Of a stretch of 64,000 nucleotides of DNA, positions 7,984 through 17,362 are shown one piece after another (the stretch's first letter is position 1; every line of letters starts with the position of its first letter). This DNA is from Candidatus Nanoarchaeia archaeon (GTDB taxonomy: Archaea > Nanobdellota > Nanobdellia > Woesearchaeales > JANQNE01). The notes under the pieces were generated by a model, which worked only from the letters and a program-made list of their open reading frames with translations, did no database searches and was not told the origin of the DNA. The position numbers and the translations under genes are program-made. The stretch lies in the NCBI GenBank assembly GCA_028279725.1, contig JANQNE010000004.1, positions 12,008-76,007 of the forward strand, given 5' to 3'.

Positions 7984-8660
7984 CTTATTATTGTTCCTTT
8001 GAACTTCTTTTTGTTGAGTATATTGTTTAAATTTTTTAGGTCTGTTCCTTTTGCTATGATTACTTCTAATTTTGTTTTTTTTGCAAGCTTTGATGCTATT
8101 GGGTCAAAAGGAAAGCTTGAATTTGCCCTGAACTTAGTTCCGACTATCTTTTGGAATTCTTTCCATGTCGTCTGTTCTATCTTTTTAGCATCTTTGTATT
8201 TTTTTGGGTCTTTTGTGTATGCATATGCTATGTTTGATAAGTTTATCACTTCTTTTGCTTTTAGCTGTTTTGCCAGAAGTACTGCGTCCATATCTGATGA
8301 GAATCCAGGGATCCACCCTGATGCTATGATTATGTTCTTTTTTGTTTTTATCTTTTTTGTAGGGTCTTCAATGACATCTTTGTGAGCAAGTTTTCCGAAG
8401 ATCGCTCTTACCAGTTCAGCATTTATCTTTGTTGCTCTGATACCTATGAGGTCTCTGTTGTAGTCATCTACTTTTGTGATCTTAAGAGCTGCGTCGTTAT
8501 ATCTTCTTGCTGTCCTTCCTCCTCCGCAGACTATGACTAATCTTGTTTTTTTAGAATGTTTTAGGATAAGTGATCTGAATTTTTTTAAGAAAGAGGTGTC
8601 TACATCATCTGGATTGATTATAGAACCTCCTAAAGACATTACAACAGTTTCCTTAGCCAT
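7980..8660 (-). CDS. pyrH: UMP kinase (archaeal type)
   Basis: 226 aa with VMSLGGSII and VIVCGGGRTARRY amino-acid-kinase fold motifs. ATGA overlap with dcd. Confidence 0.85.
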   Translation of the reverse strand: MAKETVVMSLGGSIINPDDVDTSFLKKFRSLILKHSKKTRLVIVCGGGRTARRYNDAALKITKVDDYNRDLIGIRATKINAELVRAIFGKLAHKDVIEDPTKKIKTKKNIIIASGWIPGFSSDMDAVLLAKQLKAKEVINLSNIAYAYTKDPKKYKDAKKIEQTTWKEFQKIVGTKFRANSSFPFDPIASKLAKKTKLEVIIAKGTDLKNLNNILNKKKFKGTIIR

Positions 8661-8723
8661 AAAACCCCCTCTTTTTAATCTTATAAAAATCTTTTATATT
8701 TTTAACAATTGATAACTTTGTTA

Positions 8724-10469
8724 TCAATCTTTTAATAAGATCTCAACAGCAGCTGCGAATGCAGGCCTGCTAATGAATACACCGATAGATACTCCGATGA
8801 TAGTTGTAAGCGCAAATCCTTTCAATAGTCCAGCTCCTGCGAATAGTAATGGAGCCATCGCAACAACTGTTGTGAAGTATGCTGCTGTTATTATGAAGAA
8901 AGCTTTCTTTATTCTCTTTTTCCAGTCGTATATCGCGTTTCCTGATGAACCTCTTAGAGTTTCATCAGTTATGACGATCTGATGGTCTACTCCTGTTCCT
9001 ACTGCGATAATGATTCCTGCGATAGCAGCAAGATCTAGGTTCCATCCGATTAAAGCTGCAACTCCTAGAAGTATGATGACTTCTGAAGCCATAGTTAAGC
9101 TTACAGGCAGTGCAATCTTAATCTTTCTGTATCTTATGAATACAACTAAGGTTACTGTTAATAATGAGAGAAGACCGATTGTTATTGCGTTTTTAGTGAA
9201 TTCCTCTCCAAGTACTGGTGAGATTGAGTCTGTCTTTGCAACATCCAATTTAACTGGCAGTGATCCTGTAATTAATATTGTCTGTAATCTCTTCATATTT
9301 TCTAATGAGTTGAAGATCGCTTCATCTCTTGTAGCTCCTGCGCCTGAACCTGATATCTGGATTTCTGTTGAAGCTTTTCCTCTTAGATTTGAACCGATGT
9401 TAAGTTCATCAACTTTTGCATCGTCTAGGTATAATATGAGTTTTTCGCTCAGATAGTCTTCCCCATTCTCTTCTGTTATGATTTCTAAGTCTTTAGTAAG
9501 GTCAGCCTGTTTTTGAGCTGACTCAGGTGTTAATGCGATGTTAAATCTAAACCTACAGAACCATCCGTTTCCTGATTTTGAGCAGCCGCTCATAGGATCT
9601 ATTCCTGAGCAGTCAGCAGATCTGCATACATAAGTTATATCCTGTCCGCCTCTGAAAACAGTATCGTTTCCGATCTTAGCTTCGAATTTTCCCTGTTTTG
9701 CGATCAGTTCTTTTACTTCTGATTCAGCAGCACCTGCTATTTCAACTAGGATGAACTGATTTCCTGATAAGTCTCCTGCTTCTCTTACTATAACATCACT
9801 TAATCCATAAACATTAAGCCTTTCTTTCATCCCATCTAAAAGGAATGACATATCTTCTGTGCTAAGCTTTTCTTCTGGTGCTAGCAATACTCTTGTTCCA
9901 CCCTGGAGATCAAGACCTTTTCTTAAATTGCTTGTAGGAGCGTCATATATAACAAGTCCTAGTCCTTCAGTTCCTATTATATTAGTTTCTGTCTTCGGAA
10001 CTTCTTTTTCGGTTGTTATATTTTCAAGAACTTCTTTTTCGTATGTTTCGTTAGTTGTCGTGTTTGTGAATGTCTTGTTTACTAATTTTTCTTCAGTTAC
10101 ATTTATTATTTCTGTTTCGTTAAGGACTATTGTTTCTAATAGTGGTTTTGTCGTTAGTTTGTATATTCCTTTGTTTGTCTTGATATGCAGAGTTCTGTTT
10201 GGCTTAAGGTCTGCTGTCTGAGTGTAGTAGTCATCTTCGTTTGTTATAGGGATGTTGTTTATCGCTACAATCCTTTCTCTGCTCATAGGTGTTGTTGTTG
10301 GTTTTGGGCTTGTGATCCCTGCAAGTGAAGCAGCTGAATCAGCCTCTACAGATCTTATCGCTACACCAGTGCTGTATGGATTAGGATGGATAGAAACAAT
10401 AGCCAAGACTATGAAGATTAGCAAGATGATGAATTTCACGTTTGTGAACAGTTTTTTTGCTTTTCTCAT
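8724..10469 (-). CDS. secD: protein-export membrane protein SecD
   Basis: 581 aa. N-terminal TM segment, large periplasmic-type domain and a C-terminal 5-TM SecD/F core. 4-nt overlap with secF. Confidence 0.8.
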   Translation of the reverse strand: MRKAKKLFTNVKFIILLIFIVLAIVSIHPNPYSTGVAIRSVEADSAASLAGITSPKPTTTPMSRERIVAINNIPITNEDDYYTQTADLKPNRTLHIKTNKGIYKLTTKPLLETIVLNETEIINVTEEKLVNKTFTNTTTNETYEKEVLENITTEKEVPKTETNIIGTEGLGLVIYDAPTSNLRKGLDLQGGTRVLLAPEEKLSTEDMSFLLDGMKERLNVYGLSDVIVREAGDLSGNQFILVEIAGAAESEVKELIAKQGKFEAKIGNDTVFRGGQDITYVCRSADCSGIDPMSGCSKSGNGWFCRFRFNIALTPESAQKQADLTKDLEIITEENGEDYLSEKLILYLDDAKVDELNIGSNLRGKASTEIQISGSGAGATRDEAIFNSLENMKRLQTILITGSLPVKLDVAKTDSISPVLGEEFTKNAITIGLLSLLTVTLVVFIRYRKIKIALPVSLTMASEVIILLGVAALIGWNLDLAAIAGIIIAVGTGVDHQIVITDETLRGSSGNAIYDWKKRIKKAFFIITAAYFTTVVAMAPLLFAGAGLLKGFALTTIIGVSIGVFISRPAFAAAVEILLKD

Positions 10470-11368
10470 GGGTGTTTTTTCCTGTCCAGGTATGCTCTAA
10501 GTATACCCACATTCTGAAGCCATGTGTACATTATATCACAGACAAGCCCTATTAGTAATATAGTCATGATCTGGATAAGAACTTCAGATTTTGCAAATGA
10601 AAGCCCTACTATGATCGCTGCCAGTGTTGTTATATTCATAGTCAATCCTGTTTTCATAGCTCCGATCAATCTTTCTATAACAGTTCCATCTTTTTCTTTA
10701 AGAAGCCTTGTCGATAATAAGACATCTGTATCAACTGAATAACCTATAAGCATAAGGAAAGCTGCGATTCCTGCTGTGGAAAGTTTTATTTCTAATAAGT
10801 TGACAACTGCTAAAGTTGTGATTATGTCTGAAAGAACACATAAGATAACAGCTAAGCTTGGTGTTGGTACTCTAAAATATGCGAAAACAACAATACTCAT
10901 GAATATGAATGCAAGGACGATTGCCCTTATAGTTTCTTTGAAGAATGATGATCCTAATGAAGAACTCATGATGTTGCTGTTGAAGTCAACACCTTGTTTG
11001 ATGTTTAATTTTTCTTCGATAACTTTGTTGTATTCTTCTGTCTCAGCTTCTTCTATTATATCAGCATCAATTATGAAGCCGTCAGCTTTGCCTGGGTTTT
11101 TTGAGATTCTCACAGAGATGTCTTTTCCAGGGAATTTAGACTGCAGGTATTCTTCGAATTCGATAGCTTCAATACCTTCAACAGAAAATATGTTTGTAGT
11201 GATGCCTCCTTTAAGGGAAACACCCCTATTCATGAAATCTCCTGTTGTAACAACCTTATGAGCTACGAGAAATACTGAGATAAATAGGACGATAAAAGGA
11301 ATTATCATCAAAATCCTATATCTCTTGTCGTAAAAATGCTTTAATTTGTTCAAAAACCCCTCTGACAT
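10466..11368 (-). CDS. secF: protein-export membrane protein SecF
   Basis: 300 aa with SecF topology and conserved C-terminal TM bundle. Immediately upstream of secD. Confidence 0.85.
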   Translation of the reverse strand: MSEGFLNKLKHFYDKRYRILMIIPFIVLFISVFLVAHKVVTTGDFMNRGVSLKGGITTNIFSVEGIEAIEFEEYLQSKFPGKDISVRISKNPGKADGFIIDADIIEEAETEEYNKVIEEKLNIKQGVDFNSNIMSSSLGSSFFKETIRAIVLAFIFMSIVVFAYFRVPTPSLAVILCVLSDIITTLAVVNLLEIKLSTAGIAAFLMLIGYSVDTDVLLSTRLLKEKDGTVIERLIGAMKTGLTMNITTLAAIIVGLSFAKSEVLIQIMTILLIGLVCDIMYTWLQNVGILRAYLDRKKHP

Positions 11369-11406
11369 GCTGGATTAAGAGAAATGGTAGTTATTTATAA
11401 ATGTTT

Positions 11407-13122
11407 TTACTTTTTGTATTCTAAAGAAGCTTTGATGAATTCCATATATAATGGATTTGGCTGTAATGGTTTTGATGAGAATTCCGGGTGGAACTGGACA
11501 CCTACGAAGAATGGGTGTTCTGGGAGCTCTAGGATCTGCATTATGTCTTCACTTGGAGTCATTCCTGAGAATACAACTCCGTTTTTTTCGAAAATCTTCC
11601 TGTATTCTGGGTTGAACTCATATCTGTGTCTGAATCTTTCTCTTGCCAAAGGCTTTTTTCCGTAAAGTTCCCATGCTTTTGTGTCTGGCTTTAGTTTAAT
11701 GTCTTGTCCGCCAAGACGCATGTTGCCTCCAAGACCCTCTTTTTCTAACTGGTCTGGCAGTAAGCAGATAACTGGATGCTTTAGCTTATCAAAGTTCTCT
11801 TCTGTGTTTGCATTCTTTAGTTTGCAGATGTTTCTTCCGATCTCTAAAGCAGCCATCTGGAACCCATAACAAAGCCCAAAGTAAGGAAGATTGTTTTCCC
11901 TTGCGTATCTTATACATTCGATCTTTCCTTCAGTTCCTCTTACCCCAAAACCTCCTGGGACAATAATTCCTGAGATCCCTTCTAATTCTTCTTTTACTTT
12001 GTCTTTTCTTCTTTCGATAAGTTCTGTGTTTATGAACTTGATATCAACTTCAGTATCATATAGTGTTCCTGCATGTTCGATAGCTTTTATGATACTTGCA
12101 TATGTATCTCTTGAGCCGATGTATTTTCCAGTTATACCTATAGTTATCTTGTTTTTTGGATTTGAGAATTTTGTAACATATTTTTTCCAAGCATTTTCGA
12201 GTTTTTTGTTATTTTTTGGTCTTATGTTGAAATATTTTATGATCATCTTATCTACGTTTTGATCCTTTAGTCTTTTTGGGACCAAGTAGATAGATTTTAG
12301 GTTTGGAAGAGAGACAACTTTTTCTGCTCCTATTAATCCTCTTGCACCGATCTTTTCTCTTACTCCAGATTCAAGCTCATGTTCTGATCTTACAACTACT
12401 AAATCTGGCTTTGATCCTATCAGTGAAGAGAATTCGTCGATGCTCTGCTGAGCAGGCCATGTCTTCTGCTCGTTAAGATGGGCTGGCTTGTCTACATATA
12501 CATTGTGGATGTATGAAACGTTTTCTTTTCCTTCTTCATATACAAATGTCTGCATAGCTTTGAAATATATCCTTGATTCTTCATCTCCCACTTTTCCGCC
12601 TATTTCGATCAATGTTATGTCTGCGTTTGTTGCCATAGCTGATTCTCTTATCTTTCTTGTAACTGCTCCTACTTTGTGCGGGAAGAACTGGACTGTCTTT
12701 CCTTCAAACATTCCCTTTCTTTCCAGCTTATGTAATTGTTTTTCTATCATTCCGTTTGTGAAGAAATTATTTTTTGAAAGGTTTTTATTTAATAATGATT
12801 CATATGATCCTAAGTCCATGTCTGTCTCTAATCCGTCGTCTAATACGAAGACTTCACCATGCTCAAAAGGATTTAATGTTCCTGAGTCTACATTATAGTA
12901 TGATTCTAATTTTATTGGATTGCATCTGAATCCTTTATTTTGAAGAAGCTGTGCTAAGGATCCTGATGTGATCCCTTTTCCTACGCCGGAGATGACACCT
13001 CCTGTCACGAAGATGTATTTGGTCTTTCCGATCTTATATCCTTTCGGAAACTGAGACCACTTTTTATCCTTAAATCTTCCAGAAAACTTCTGAAGTACCT
13101 TTAGTCTTTTATTGTCTGCCAT
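11407..13122 (-). CDS. pyrG: CTP synthase
   Basis: 571 aa. N-terminal YIFVTGGVISGVGKG, and a C-terminal glutamine amidotransferase domain with GLCYGFQ and HPEF. Confidence 0.95.
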   Translation of the reverse strand: MADNKRLKVLQKFSGRFKDKKWSQFPKGYKIGKTKYIFVTGGVISGVGKGITSGSLAQLLQNKGFRCNPIKLESYYNVDSGTLNPFEHGEVFVLDDGLETDMDLGSYESLLNKNLSKNNFFTNGMIEKQLHKLERKGMFEGKTVQFFPHKVGAVTRKIRESAMATNADITLIEIGGKVGDEESRIYFKAMQTFVYEEGKENVSYIHNVYVDKPAHLNEQKTWPAQQSIDEFSSLIGSKPDLVVVRSEHELESGVREKIGARGLIGAEKVVSLPNLKSIYLVPKRLKDQNVDKMIIKYFNIRPKNNKKLENAWKKYVTKFSNPKNKITIGITGKYIGSRDTYASIIKAIEHAGTLYDTEVDIKFINTELIERRKDKVKEELEGISGIIVPGGFGVRGTEGKIECIRYARENNLPYFGLCYGFQMAALEIGRNICKLKNANTEENFDKLKHPVICLLPDQLEKEGLGGNMRLGGQDIKLKPDTKAWELYGKKPLARERFRHRYEFNPEYRKIFEKNGVVFSGMTPSEDIMQILELPEHPFFVGVQFHPEFSSKPLQPNPLYMEFIKASLEYKK

Positions 13123-13199
13123 ATTCTTTATAGAATCTATCAGAACCCCTTTTTACTAATGATTTTTTTGTTATTGTTAATAAAGATTTCTATACTCTA

Positions 13200-13289
13200 G
13201 CATAGCACGCTTCGTTCGCTTCTCTTATGGAGGTGAGCCAGATTTATCTGACTTAGATCTTTATCCTAGAACTTCGCTTGGTGCTATGC
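13200..13289. ncRNA. candidate structured RNA/element, copy A (family with 29907-29997)
   Basis: 90 nt closed by a 9-bp stem GCATAGCAC/GTGCTATGC. Shares GCTTCG, GCTTCT, CAGATTTATCTG, CGCTTGG and a trailing TTTAA with copy B. Three stem positions differ by compensatory pairs. Confidence 0.4.
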
Positions 13290-13290
13290 T

Positions 13291-13869
13291 TTAAGCAAAT
13301 ACTTGCATTATGCTCTGGAAGAAATTATATCCATCAAATCCCCTTATAGGCAGCATGTTGAATATTGAAAGGAACAGGTTAAGCTTTCCCATTATGAAGA
13401 CCATCGGATGATATTTCTTATGGATCCAGTTGTATTTTACTGCAGCTGTGCATAAGAGGAATATTATGAAATTAGTTAGAGGTCCTGCTATAGAGACCAT
13501 GGCTGATGGGAAAGGAGCAAGTGCTGTATGAGCTACATATCCTCCGACAAAGAAGATCAGTGGGAAATTTATCAGTTTAAGTGCTATGACTATTGCATAC
13601 ATAGTGTAAGGAGCATGTAAAGTTGCTGTTGCTCCGTAAGACATAGCTACAAATTTATGTGCGAATTCATGCAGAACTATCGCTGGAGCAGCTATCATCA
13701 TGCTGTGCTTTAGATCTTCCCAGAAATCGCTTTTTTTCATATGGAGCAAAGGGTCGTAATCTCTGTGATGATGCGGTTTTGGTATGCGTTTGAACATATC
13801 TTTGAAAATAAAGCCTATAGCAAAGATCATTATCAGAATATCAACGATTTCCTGCGGTGTTATTAACAT
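13291..13869 (-). CDS. M50-family (site-2 protease-like) membrane metalloprotease
   Basis: 192 aa and polytopic. HEFAHKF zinc motif plus NMLPIRGFDGYNF. Confidence 0.65.
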   Translation of the reverse strand: MLITPQEIVDILIMIFAIGFIFKDMFKRIPKPHHHRDYDPLLHMKKSDFWEDLKHSMMIAAPAIVLHEFAHKFVAMSYGATATLHAPYTMYAIVIALKLINFPLIFFVGGYVAHTALAPFPSAMVSIAGPLTNFIIFLLCTAAVKYNWIHKKYHPMVFIMGKLNLFLSIFNMLPIRGFDGYNFFQSIMQVFA

Positions 13870-14029
13870 ATTAGCTTAAAAAAGCACTCTAATTTAAAAA
13901 CATTTTGTATAGGTTGGAATTGCGTTTTAGAGCCTGAGATGCCTGAATTCTGCTGTTTTGGGGTGATTTTACCACTCTAAAATAGAAATATTTATATATA
14001 AAAGGGAATTTATAGGCGGTAATAATCTT

Positions 14030-14968
14030 ATGGGGGATATTAAAATGGGAAAAAATGATGCATTAGCTTATACTTTTCTAGCACTATCAGTAGTAGTTGT
14101 ACTTATTGTTGGTGTTTTTGCAATAAAGATGATAGTAAATCAGTCAGACAGTTCTGATGATTATGTGGAAGTTCCAGTAAGTTATATGGAACAGCCAAGT
14201 GATGATACACATACTAGTGTTGTTATCGATGATGCGCCTGAACCAGAGCCAGTTGCTCCAACAGTGCCAGATACAACACAGACAGTTACAGAACCTATTG
14301 TTCCTCAGACTCCAGTTGAGCCTGAAGAAGTTACATGTAAGACAAAGGTTAAAGCACTTGAAAATGATCTAGAGGATCTTTTTGAAGATATCGATGCTGC
14401 AAGAGATGACCTTTATGATTATTATGAAGATCTGGAAGATGCACAAGCTGATCTAGCAGATGCTCAGAACAGAAGTGATGACAGGGATGAAGACAGAGCA
14501 AAAGATGATATCGATGATGCAGAAAAAGACATCGAAGATGCTGAAGATGCTATAAAGGATCTTGAAGATGATATTGAGGAAAAGATCGAAGATCTTGATG
14601 ATGAAGAGATCGCATGTGATAAAGAGATTAGAAGCGAAGTCTATAAAGAGCTGAAAGCTAAGTTTGACACAGCATCCGACTGCAAGAGGGTTGTTGATGA
14701 AGTAGAAGAATACACTGATGATGCAGACGATGACCTTACTGATGCAGAGGATGAACTAGATGATGCTCAGGAAGATCTAAGCGAAGCAAAAGATGATATA
14801 TCAGCTTTGACAAGCAATTCAACTAAAGAAGAAGAGCTTAGAGCAGAAGCTGACAAGTGGGATGCAGAGCAGATGATCGACAGATGGGAAAACAGAGAAG
14901 ACAGCCTGAATGATTTAGTTGACTTCTACAAAGATACAGAAGACGACTTTGATAGAGAGTGCGATTAA
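14030..14968 (+). CDS. membrane-anchored, extremely acidic coiled-coil surface protein (hypothetical)
   Basis: 312 aa. N-terminal TM segment, Pro/Thr-rich linker, then about 200 aa dominated by D/E with an internally repeated DDxxDAEDxxxD pattern and 4 Cys. Confidence 0.6.
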   Translation: MGDIKMGKNDALAYTFLALSVVVVLIVGVFAIKMIVNQSDSSDDYVEVPVSYMEQPSDDTHTSVVIDDAPEPEPVAPTVPDTTQTVTEPIVPQTPVEPEEVTCKTKVKALENDLEDLFEDIDAARDDLYDYYEDLEDAQADLADAQNRSDDRDEDRAKDDIDDAEKDIEDAEDAIKDLEDDIEEKIEDLDDEEIACDKEIRSEVYKELKAKFDTASDCKRVVDEVEEYTDDADDDLTDAEDELDDAQEDLSEAKDDISALTSNSTKEEELRAEADKWDAEQMIDRWENREDSLNDLVDFYKDTEDDFDRECD

Positions 14969-14996
14969 AGAAGTTTTATATACTTCTTTTTTTATT
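14967..14996 (+). terminator. hairpin plus T-tract terminator
   Basis: AAAGAAGT-TTTATAT-ACTTCTTT (8-bp stem) overlaps the stop codon and is followed by a T-rich run. Confidence 0.5.
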
Positions 14997-15004
14997 TCTT
15001 TTTT

Positions 15005-15355
15005 ATGACAGATCTAATAGCTAGTTTTTCGGATGATAAAGCAGAGTTAGCACACTTAACCAGAGTTATAGATGGTGAGGAGTGGAGCAGGGTCTTATTG
15101 ATATCTTCTAAGGATGTTAAGGCTGATTTCAGCAAGAAAACTGAAGTTGTTAAGGTTGATCTTAAGAAGACCTTATCTGAGCTCATTGAGCAACTGACTG
15201 GCCTGTTTAAGATGGAGATAAAGGATACAGAAGTCGGTGTTAATCTGATATGTGGGAGTGGAAAAGAGCATATGGCAATACTTTCTGCTCTGCTGAAATC
15301 AGGTGTAGGGATAAGGTTTACTGCGCTTACTAAAGAAGGTGTGAAGGAAGTTTAG
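15005..15355 (+). CDS. hypothetical small alpha/beta protein
   Basis: 116 aa. VLLISSKD...VNLICGSGKEHMAILSALLKSGVGI suggests a Rossmann-like fold. No family assigned. Confidence 0.45.
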   Translation: MTDLIASFSDDKAELAHLTRVIDGEEWSRVLLISSKDVKADFSKKTEVVKVDLKKTLSELIEQLTGLFKMEIKDTEVGVNLICGSGKEHMAILSALLKSGVGIRFTALTKEGVKEV

Positions 15356-15357
15356 TT

Positions 15358-15672
15358 CTAATTAAGGGGTTCAAACATAAGAACAATCGAAGATTTATCA
15401 GAAACTGGACAAAATTTAGTTCCTTTTGGCATTTTTATTCCTTCTCCTTCCTTAAGTGTGATATCTCCTTCTTTTGTTAGAATCTTCATCTCTCCTTTGA
15501 ATACAATAAATACTTCATCTTTGTCGTCATGCTTATGCCACTTAAATTCTCCTTCAAATCTGTATGCATTTAATACAGAATTATTTATTGTTTCAATTTT
15601 TTCAGGTTTCCAAGCTTCTACATCTTTAATTCTTTCTGAAATCTCATTTAGATTGAATTTATTAAATGTCAT
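15358..15672 (-). CDS. cupin-domain protein
   Basis: 104 aa with the cupin motif FKWHKHDDKDEVFIVFKGEMKI. Confidence 0.7.
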   Translation of the reverse strand: MTFNKFNLNEISERIKDVEAWKPEKIETINNSVLNAYRFEGEFKWHKHDDKDEVFIVFKGEMKILTKEGDITLKEGEGIKMPKGTKFCPVSDKSSIVLMFEPLN

Positions 15673-15674
15673 TT

Positions 15675-15980
15675 TTAGTTCTTTTTTTCATACTTGCTCA
15701 ATACAGAAGTTATTATGAAAGTTATGAGTGTCATGCCGATGATCCAGCTTAGAAGAGTTTCGATGAGTGTTTCTGATCCATAAAGCTTGTACATAACTAG
15801 TGATGCTGCGATTCCGATGATGATTGGTATAGGCAAAGAACGTTTTAGGTTTTTTGCGAGTTTCTTGACAGGATCAGGCTGTTTTCTTTCCCTTGTCAAT
15901 CTTCTTTTTAGAATCTGCTCTCTTACCAGCTCTTCGATCTTGTTTTTTGGCTTTCTGAATAAGAGTTCGTCTTTTCTCAT
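15675..15980 (-). CDS. small membrane protein (hypothetical)
   Basis: Start set to ATG 15980, which shares ATGA with the upstream stop. Basic N-terminus followed by 2 TM segments. Confidence 0.45.
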   Translation of the reverse strand: MRKDELLFRKPKNKIEELVREQILKRRLTRERKQPDPVKKLAKNLKRSLPIPIIIGIAASLVMYKLYGSETLIETLLSWIIGMTLITFIITSVLSKYEKKN

Positions 15981-16627
15981 CTTCCTTGCATTATACCATA
16001 CCACTGAAGGATCAGACGGTCTGTGACTTTGATTATATCTTTTCCTTTTCCCTGGAGTACTATGCAATTTCCTTTAAGGTCGACCTTTGCTTCTGGATCT
16101 TCCTTAAGATAGATGACTGCGCTGTCTGTGTTTATGCAGTTAACGATAGGCCTTATCTTACAAGCAGGAGTTTCGTTCCTGTCACATGATGCGATAGGCA
16201 TAACATTAAGTGCCCTGACCAAGCTTAAGCTAAGCTCTCCTGCTGAAAGAGCAACATAGTTAAGATCATTCCCTAATGGGTTGAATGTCACATAGACCTC
16301 ATCTGAATGGAATCTGTCGTCGATATCCCCTGTTATAGTTATATTTTCCAGCTCTTTTGGGCCATGATGAAGCATTATATTATACTGTTTGTTTCCAGAT
16401 CTCCATTGTGTCTGCCATAAAGGACCGTTTTTTACAAAGACGAAACCATTATACATATAATTGGTCTCTGGGTTTTCTTCACCTTCTAGAGTTTTTACGA
16501 CTAATCCTGAAGGTGTGTCTGGTTTTGGATCTTTGATGATTAGTTTTACTGAGAATAAAACTACGAAAGCCAGTACAACTATTCCGATAGCGATCATAAG
16601 GTTTTTTGTTCCCTGGTCTTTTGCCAT
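15977..16627 (-). CDS. membrane-anchored extracytoplasmic protein, paralog 1
   Basis: 216 aa with an N-terminal TM segment. Shares ...ELEN[IL]xIxxxI...VY[VL]TF[ND]P... with the adjacent 204-aa ORF. Confidence 0.55.
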   Translation of the reverse strand: MAKDQGTKNLMIAIGIVVLAFVVLFSVKLIIKDPKPDTPSGLVVKTLEGEENPETNYMYNGFVFVKNGPLWQTQWRSGNKQYNIMLHHGPKELENITITGDIDDRFHSDEVYVTFNPLGNDLNYVALSAGELSLSLVRALNVMPIASCDRNETPACKIRPIVNCINTDSAVIYLKEDPEAKVDLKGNCIVLQGKGKDIIKVTDRLILQWYGIMQGR

Positions 16628-16628
16628 T

Positions 16629-17243
16629 TTATTCTAATATGTCTAAAGCTTTGTATAATATTCTTTCTTTTAATCTTATTATGTCTATCTTGCTTTCTCC
16701 CTGTAAGTTTATGCAGTTGTTGTTTTCAATGATTTTTGTCTCGTTTGATGTTGTGAATTTAATAACCGGTATTGATTGTGTTGCCATATTGCAATCTACA
16801 ACTTCCATAGTGTATGATGTGCTGTTTTTTGTTATACCCTGTTTTGCGAATATGTTTAATTTGCTGAAATCTTCCAATAATTCAAATCGCATCAGCTCAA
16901 CTGTCTCTATATCATCTGCTTCAGGATCAAATGTAAGATAGACCATCGGCGGCTGTATATTTGCTGATATGTTTAAGTTTTCAAGTTCATAAGGAAGGTA
17001 TCTGAATGTGAATAAATTGTTATCTGGATTCTTGTATATAAATAGGTTGTTATCAGTTCTAGTGAACTTGAACTTATCGTTGTATGTGTAGTCTGCTCCT
17101 CCACCTCCTGAATAAAGGAATCCTATGATGGAGCTTACCATGATAATCGCTATGAATAGTGTCCAGATGACCTCTTTCGGGATCCTCTTTTTTCTTGTCT
17201 CAGACCTTGTAACTGGATTTTTTGAGTATTTTACCTTTTTCAT
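16629..17243 (-). CDS. membrane-anchored extracytoplasmic protein, paralog 2
   Basis: 204 aa with an N-terminal TM segment. Tandem paralog of 15977-16627. Confidence 0.55.
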   Translation of the reverse strand: MKKVKYSKNPVTRSETRKKRIPKEVIWTLFIAIIMVSSIIGFLYSGGGGADYTYNDKFKFTRTDNNLFIYKNPDNNLFTFRYLPYELENLNISANIQPPMVYLTFDPEADDIETVELMRFELLEDFSKLNIFAKQGITKNSTSYTMEVVDCNMATQSIPVIKFTTSNETKIIENNNCINLQGESKIDIIRLKERILYKALDILE

Positions 17244-17294
17244 GAGTGTTGGGGAATGTTTAAGGTATAAATATCTTTTTGTTTAAGTACTCTT

Positions 17295-17310
17295 TTCTGA
17301 ATTTTCAGAA
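17295..17310. promoter_or_regulatory. inverted repeat TTCTGAA-TT-TTCAGAA upstream of the regulator/ABC operon
   Basis: Perfect 7-bp arms about 55 nt upstream of the 17363 start. Followed by a CGAAAATTCG-like element and AACTTTT[GA]AA repeats. Confidence 0.35.
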
Positions 17311-17362
17311 CTTTTGAAAAAACCGAAAATTCGAAACTTTTAAATACTGGACTTATTACTCT

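Noticed and set aside
14450-14780. Multiple GTGATGA/ATGATGA heptamers, also at 17377 and 33698, considered as C boxes of further C/D sRNAs.
   Set aside because: They lie inside Asp/Glu-rich coding sequence or lack CTGA D/D' boxes at about 12-nt spacing and a terminal stem. Only 4238-4296 satisfies the full architecture.
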